From Eledone cirrhosa (taxonomy: Eukaryota), in contig OZ024765.1 in assembly GCA_964016885.1 (NCBI GenBank), forward strand, positions 18,042,001 through 18,106,000: a stretch of 64,000 nt of DNA. The letters run 5' to 3'. How positions within the stretch are numbered: position 1 is the stretch's first letter; the number at the start of each line of letters is the position of its first letter. Positions 58,080 to 64,000 of this stretch are shown in pieces. The notes under the pieces were generated by a model that was not told where the DNA came from, searched no databases, and saw only the letters and a list, made by a program, of their open reading frames with translations. The position numbers were made by a program, and so were the translations under genes.

Positions 58080-59745
58080 GGTGGTGGTGGTGCAACTGTC
58101 TATATATTGGCCGCTGATAGTGATGGTGGTGCTGCTGTAGATATAATGACCGCTGCTGTTGGTGGTGGTGGTGCAACTGTCTATATATTGGCCGCTGATA
58201 GTGATGGTGGTGCTGCTGTAGATATAATGACCGCTGCTGGTGGTGGTGGTGCTGTTGTTGATATAACAACCGCTGATGGTGATGGTGGTGCTGCTGTGGG
58301 TGATATAACAACCGCTGATGGTGATGGTGGTGCTGCTGTGGGTGATATAACAACCGCTGATGGTGATGGTGGTGCTGCTGTGGGTGATATAACGACCGCT
58401 GGTGGTGGTGGTGGTGCCACTGTCTATATATTGGCCGCTGCTGGTGATGGTGGTGCTGCTGTAGATATAACGACCGCTGGTGGTCGTGGTGGTGCTGCTG
58501 TGGGTGATATAACAACTGCTGCTGGTGGTGGTGGTGCTGCTGTTGATATAACGACCGCTGGTGGTGGTGGTGGTGCTGCTGTTGTTATAACGACCGCTGC
58601 TGGTGGTGGTGGTGCTGCTGTTGATATAACAACCGCTGATGGTGATGGTGGTGCTGCTGTTGATTTAACGACCGCTGCTGGTGGTGGTGGTGCTGCTGTT
58701 GATATAACAACCGCTGCTGGTGGTGGTGGTGCTGCTGTTGATATAACAACCGCTGATGGTGATGGTGGTGCTGCTGTGGGTGATATAACGACCGCTGATG
58801 GTGATGGTGGTGCTGCTGTGGGTGATATAACGACCGCTGATGGTGATGGTGGTGCTGCTGTGGGGAATATAACAACCGCTGCTGGTGATGGTGGTGGTGC
58901 AACTGTCTATATATTGGCCGCTGATGGTGATGGTGGTGCTGCTGTGGGGAATATAACGACCGCTGATAGTGATGGTGGTGCTGCTGTTGATATAACGACC
59001 GCTGCGGTGATGGTGGTGCTGCTGTTGCTATAACAACCGCTGATGGTGATGGTGGTGGTGCAACTGTCTATATATTGGCCGCTGTTGGTGATGGTGGTGC
59101 TGCTGTGGGTGATATAACGACCGCTGTTGGTGATGGTGGTGCTGCTGTGGGTGATATAACGACCGCTGTTGGTGATGGTGGTGCTGCTGTGGGTGATATA
59201 ACGACCGCTGTTGGTGATGGTGGTGCTGCTGTGGGTGATATAACGACCGCTGTTGGTGATGGTGGTGCTGCTGTGGGTGATATAACGACCGCTGTTGGTG
59301 ATGGTGGTGCTGCTGTGGGTGATATAACGACCGCTGTTGGTGATGGTGGTGCTGCTGTGGGTGATATAACGACCGCTGTTGGTGATGGTGGTGCTGCTGT
59401 GGGTGATATAACGACCGCTGATGGTGATGGTGGTGCTGCTGTGGGTGATATAACGACCGCTGATGGTGATGGTGGTGCTGCTGTGGGTGATATAACAACT
59501 GCTGATGGTGGTGGTGGTGGTGCAACTGTCTATATATTGGCCGCTGGTGGTGATGGTGATGCTGCTGTTGTTATAATGACTGCTGCTGTTGGTGGTGGTG
59601 CTGTTGTTGATATAATGACTGCTGCTGGTGGTGGTGGTGCTGCTGTTGATATAATGACTGCTGCTGTTGGTATAACGACCGCTGATGGTGATGGTGGTGG
59701 TGCAACTGTCTATATATTGGCCGCTGATGGTGATGGTGGTGGTGG
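58080..59745. repeat. 39-42-bp minisatellite (gatataacgaccgctg.tggtgatggtggtgctgctgtgggt)
   Basis: Perfect 42-bp copies at ~59110-59410; a second unit type contains gcaactgtctatatattggccgctg. Confidence 0.9.
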
Positions 59746-59749
59746 TGGT

Positions 59750-60955
59750 GGGTGTTAGTGGTGGTGGTGGTGGTGTTAGTGGTTTTGGTGGTGGTGGTGG
59801 TGTTAGTGGTGGTGGTGGTGGTGGTGTTGGTGTGGTGGTGGTGATGGTGGTGGTGTTGGTGTGGTAGTGGTGGTGGTGGTGGTGGTGTTAGTGGTTTTGG
59901 TGGTGGTGGTGGTGTTAGTGGTGGTGGTGGTGGTGGTGGTCGTGGTGGTGATGGTGGTGGTGTTGGTGTGGTAGTGGTGGTGGTGGTGGTGTTAGTGGTG
60001 GTGGTGGTGTGGTGGTGGTGATGGTGGTGGTGTTGGTGTAGTAGTGGTGGTGGTGGTGTTAGTGGTGGTGGTGGTGGTGTTAGTGGTTTTGGTGGTGGTG
60101 GTGGTGTTAGTGGTGGTGGTGGTGGTGGTGGTGGTGGTGGTGGTCGTGGTGGTGATGGTGGTGGTGTTGGTGTGGTAGTGGTGGTGGTGGTGTTAGTGGT
60201 GGTGGTGGTGGTGGTGGTGGTGGTGGTGGTCGTGGTGGTGATGGTGGTGGTGTTGGTGTGGTAGTGGTGGTGGTGGTGTTAGTGGTGGTGGTGGTGGTGG
60301 TGGTGGTGTTAGTGGTTTTGGTGGTGGTGGTTGGGTGGTGATGACGGTGCTACTGGTGGTGGTGGTGTTTGTCGTGGTGGTGGTTGCGGTGTTGCCGCTG
60401 GTGGTGGTCTTTATGGTGATGATGATGATGGTGTTGATGGTAACAACGATGATGATGATGATGATGATGATATTACTGTTGATAGTAATAGCTGCTGCTG
60501 CTGTTAATTTTACTGCTGATGGTGAAGGTGGTGATGTGACTGCTGCTGCTGCTGCTGCCGATTTTACTGCCGATGATGATGATGATGGTGTTACGGTTGT
60601 GGCTGATGATGATGATGATGATGATGATATTGCTGCTGCTGCTCTGCTGCTGCTGTTGTTGACTTTGCTGGTGGTGGTGGTGGTGGTGATGATGGTGATG
60701 GTGATGGTGATGGTGATGATGATGTTGGTGGTGATGGTGATGGTGGTGGTGATGGTGGTGGTGATGGTGGTGATGTTGGTGGTGATGATGATGTTGGTGG
60801 TGATGGTGATGGTGGTGGTGATGATGTTGATGGTGATGGTGATGGTGATGGTGATGATGGTGATGATGATGATGATGATGATGGTGATGGTGGTCGTGGT
60901 GATGAGGATGTTGGTGGTGATGGTGATGGTGATGGTGATGATGGTGATTATGTTG
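59750..60955. repeat. (GGT)n/(GAT)n degenerate tract
   Basis: Direct reading. Confidence 0.9.
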
Positions 60956-61091
60956 ACGGGGCTGCTGATGGTGGTGATGGTGATGGTTGTGTTGCTGCTG
61001 TTGCATGGATTGATGAGTCATACCGGAATGTCTATTAATGAACGCTGGACTGGACACTGGTTGATGGGGCAGAGAAATACCCGGATGTTCA

Positions 61092-61117
61092 CTACTGCAG
61101 CCGCAACAACAACAACA

Positions 61118-61150
<33 letters not shown>

Positions 61151-62075
61151 GCTGCTGCCGCTGCTGCAACTACTACTACTGCAACTACTACTACTACTAC
61201 AGCCGCAACTACTACTACTACTACTACTACTACTACAGCCGCAACTACTACTACTACTACTGCAGCCACAACAACTACTACTACTACTACTACTGCAGCC
61301 ACAACAACTACTACTACTACTACTGCAGCCAAAACAACTACTACTACTACTACTGCAGCCACAACAACTACTACTACTACTGCAGCCACAACAACAACAA
61401 ATACTACTACTACTACTGCAACAACAACAGCTACAGCAACAGTAACAACAACAGTAACAACAACAACAACAGCAGTAACAACAACAACAACAGTAACAAC
61501 AACAACAACAACAGTAACAACAACAACAGTAGCAACAACAACAACAACAACAACAGTAGCAACAACAACAACAGTAACAACAACAGTAGCAACAACAACA
61601 ACAACAGTAACAACAACAACAGTAACAACAACAACAGTAACAACAACAATAACAACAACAACAGTAACAACAACAACAGTAGCAACAACAATAACAACAA
61701 CAACAGTAACAACAACAACAGTAGCAACAACAATAACAACAACAACAGTAGCAACAACAATGACAACAACAACAGTAACAACAACAACAACAACAAAAGT
61801 AACAACAACAACAACAACAGTAACAACAACAACAACAACAGTAGCAACAACAGTAACAATAACAGTAATAACAACAACAACAGTAACAACAACAACAACA
61901 GTAGCAACAACAGTAACAATAACAGTAATAACAACAACAACAGTAACAACAACAACAACAACAGTAGCAACAACAGTAACAATAACAGTAATAACAACAA
62001 CAACAGTAACAACAACAACAACAACAGTAGCAACAACAGTAACAACAACAACAGTAACAACAACAACAACTGCAA
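61092..62075. repeat. (ACT)n then (AAC)n/(AGT) compound tract
   Basis: Direct reading. Confidence 0.95.
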
Positions 62076-62195
62076 CGATATGTCATGCATGCGTATAAAT
62101 ATGTGTGTAGGTATACATGCATCAATGCATGTATGAGTGTGTGTATGAATGTGTGTATGTGTGCATGTGTGTGTGTTATGTATGCCCGTCTGTTT

Positions 62196-63115
62196 GTCCC
62201 CTCGTCAGGACACTCTTGAGTGCTACTGGTAACATGTAACCCAGTACAACCTGTCGCATGGTCGGGTCGTCGGCCATTAAACCGGCAACCCCACCAAGTT
62301 TACTTGGTGAGGAGGGGGTGATTTTGGACACTCTGCAGGACAGAAAAACAAAACCTGACAAAGGGCGGTAGAACTCATAAGAGTCAGCGGACATCCGAAA
62401 GTGTGTAAATATGTATATAGACATGTACATATGTATGTATATGTACATGTATATGTACATGTGTATATGTACATGTGCAGCATCAACATAATCATCATCA
62501 CCATCACCATCATCAGCCTCATCATCACCATCACCATCATCATCATCATCATCCTCAACAGTCTCAGCCCCATCATCATGATGCGTGGGGGACATAGAAA
62601 TAATCGAGCTGGATATCCGATCGCACGGTTAAACGACTGGGAGTGAAGGACCCCTAGCCTTTGTCAGGGCATTCTTCTAGGAGAAGGCAAGTCAGGAAAC
62701 TGGGATAACTCCGATATAAAACCTGCGGCTCAGTAGTTACCGATGATGTTGATCTTTTCTTCTTTTCGGGTTATAGCTACTGTCGCTCAGAGAGTGGGAT
62801 TGGCTCAGTGCACAGTCTTTCCTCACTTTAAACAATATCTTCATGCACAGCCATTGCACGATAGAATTAATTAATTGTTTCTACTTTAGGCACAAGGCCA
62901 GCAATTAACCAGTACATTACTGGTACTTTATTTTATCGACCCCGTAAGGATGAAAGGCAAAGTTAACCTCGGCGGGATTTGAACTCAGAATGATAAGGGC
63001 CGTAACTCAATGCGTCAAAGAATGGCGTCCGACCTTCTAATTAATTAATAATTATTAATAATCGTATATCGTGCAATGGCCATACTCGATAACGAGGGGG
63101 AAGCCATCATGTGTG
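62196..63115 (+). mobile_element. Subfamily-2 RTE-motif retroposon interrupted by a microsatellite (62400-62580) and a SINE (62876-63038)
   Basis: 5' part matches the 45223 family head; 3' part matches 31539-31897. Confidence 0.8.
62876..63038 (-). mobile_element. 5'-truncated Meta-like SINE with apparent TSD aattaattaat
   Basis: Reverse complement of the SINE consensus; the paralog at ~31823 lacks it. Confidence 0.85.
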
Positions 63116-63292
63116 TATGTATGTATTATGTATGTCCGTCTGTTTGTCCCCTTATCTGTATTCACGTATGTCTATATGTATGTCTGTCCGTCCGTCTATA
63201 GACTATACACACACATATATATATATAACACATATACATACATATGTATATATATATATAACACATATACATACATATATATATATATATAC

Positions 63293-63363
<71 letters not shown>

Positions 63364-63434
63364 CAAATAGTTATTTAATTTGTTTGATACTCAACAAATT
63401 TTAATATAACAGATTCGAAGCACCCTACAATATT

Positions 63435-63489
<55 letters not shown>

Positions 63490-63530
63490 GATATATTAAT
63501 AAATGGAAACTATATTTATAAAACCCAAAT

Positions 63531-63596
63531 TATTTTATTATATATATTTCAAGGGCAACCAAGGAAAATTATGGTGCGCTTTCATCAGATAAAATA
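63531..63596 (-). ncRNA. Type I hammerhead motif (AT-rich family) in element ~63488-63822
   Basis: Minus: tattttat-CTGATGA-aagcgcacc...ggttgccctt-GAAA-tatat-ATA-ataaaata. Confidence 0.75.
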
Positions 63597-64000
63597 CAGA
63601 TTTGTTTTATAAATAAATATTGACATACCCGGAAAAAAAAAACAACCTTAACGGTTGGAGCTTCCTGGATAGTGGAGATAATATTTTATTGAGGTTTATA
63701 AATATAGTTTCCATTTATTAATATATTGAATATACACACTCCACCTCGCTGTTGAGTGCTTTATATCAGTTATAACAATTTCTAAGCTTGTTGAATCCCA
63801 ACAAATTAAATATAACCTCTGCATATATATATATATATATATATATATAACATACATAATATATATATATATATATATATATATGAAAATGTTCAAGACC
63901 CCGACGGCAGAGCTCAAGCTTTTGTTCTGCATCTCAGTCTTTTCGCAAACAGGTCGACATTTTGCGTGAACAATCGAAGGTAATGTTTTCTCGGTGCGAC

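Noticed and set aside
60473-62125. Cys-rich 550-aa ORF (keratin-associated or metallothionein-like)
   Set aside because: Poly-Cys is the translation of (TGT/TGC)n; only the small unique island is retained as a candidate exon

Overview
This is eukaryotic, AT-rich, repeat-saturated genomic DNA. The SINE and LINE families and the microsatellite load resemble a coleoid cephalopod (octopus-like); that assignment is an inference. I found no intact protein-coding gene, and nearly all ORFs in the track are microsatellite read-throughs. The window holds a ~13.2-kb 71-bp satellite and a ~5.2-kb 59-bp satellite (both with higher-order structure), several minisatellites and an interstitial TTAGGG-like tract. 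Mobile elements include many tRNA-type SINEs, RTE, Tx1/L1-like and REL-endonuclease LINE remnants, a ~600-bp non-autonomous retroposon family (one copy twin-primed) and Helitron-like ends. The most striking signal is a dense set of type I hammerhead-ribozyme motifs (stem I-CUGANGA-stem II-GAAA-stem III-NUH-stem I) from several unrelated sequence families. They sit in fold-back elements embedded in (TA)n tracts, and two near-perfect palindromes carry a ribozyme on each strand. This resembles Penelope-like (PLE) pseudo-LTR or retrozyme-type non-autonomous elements. All folds were read by eye and none were computed.
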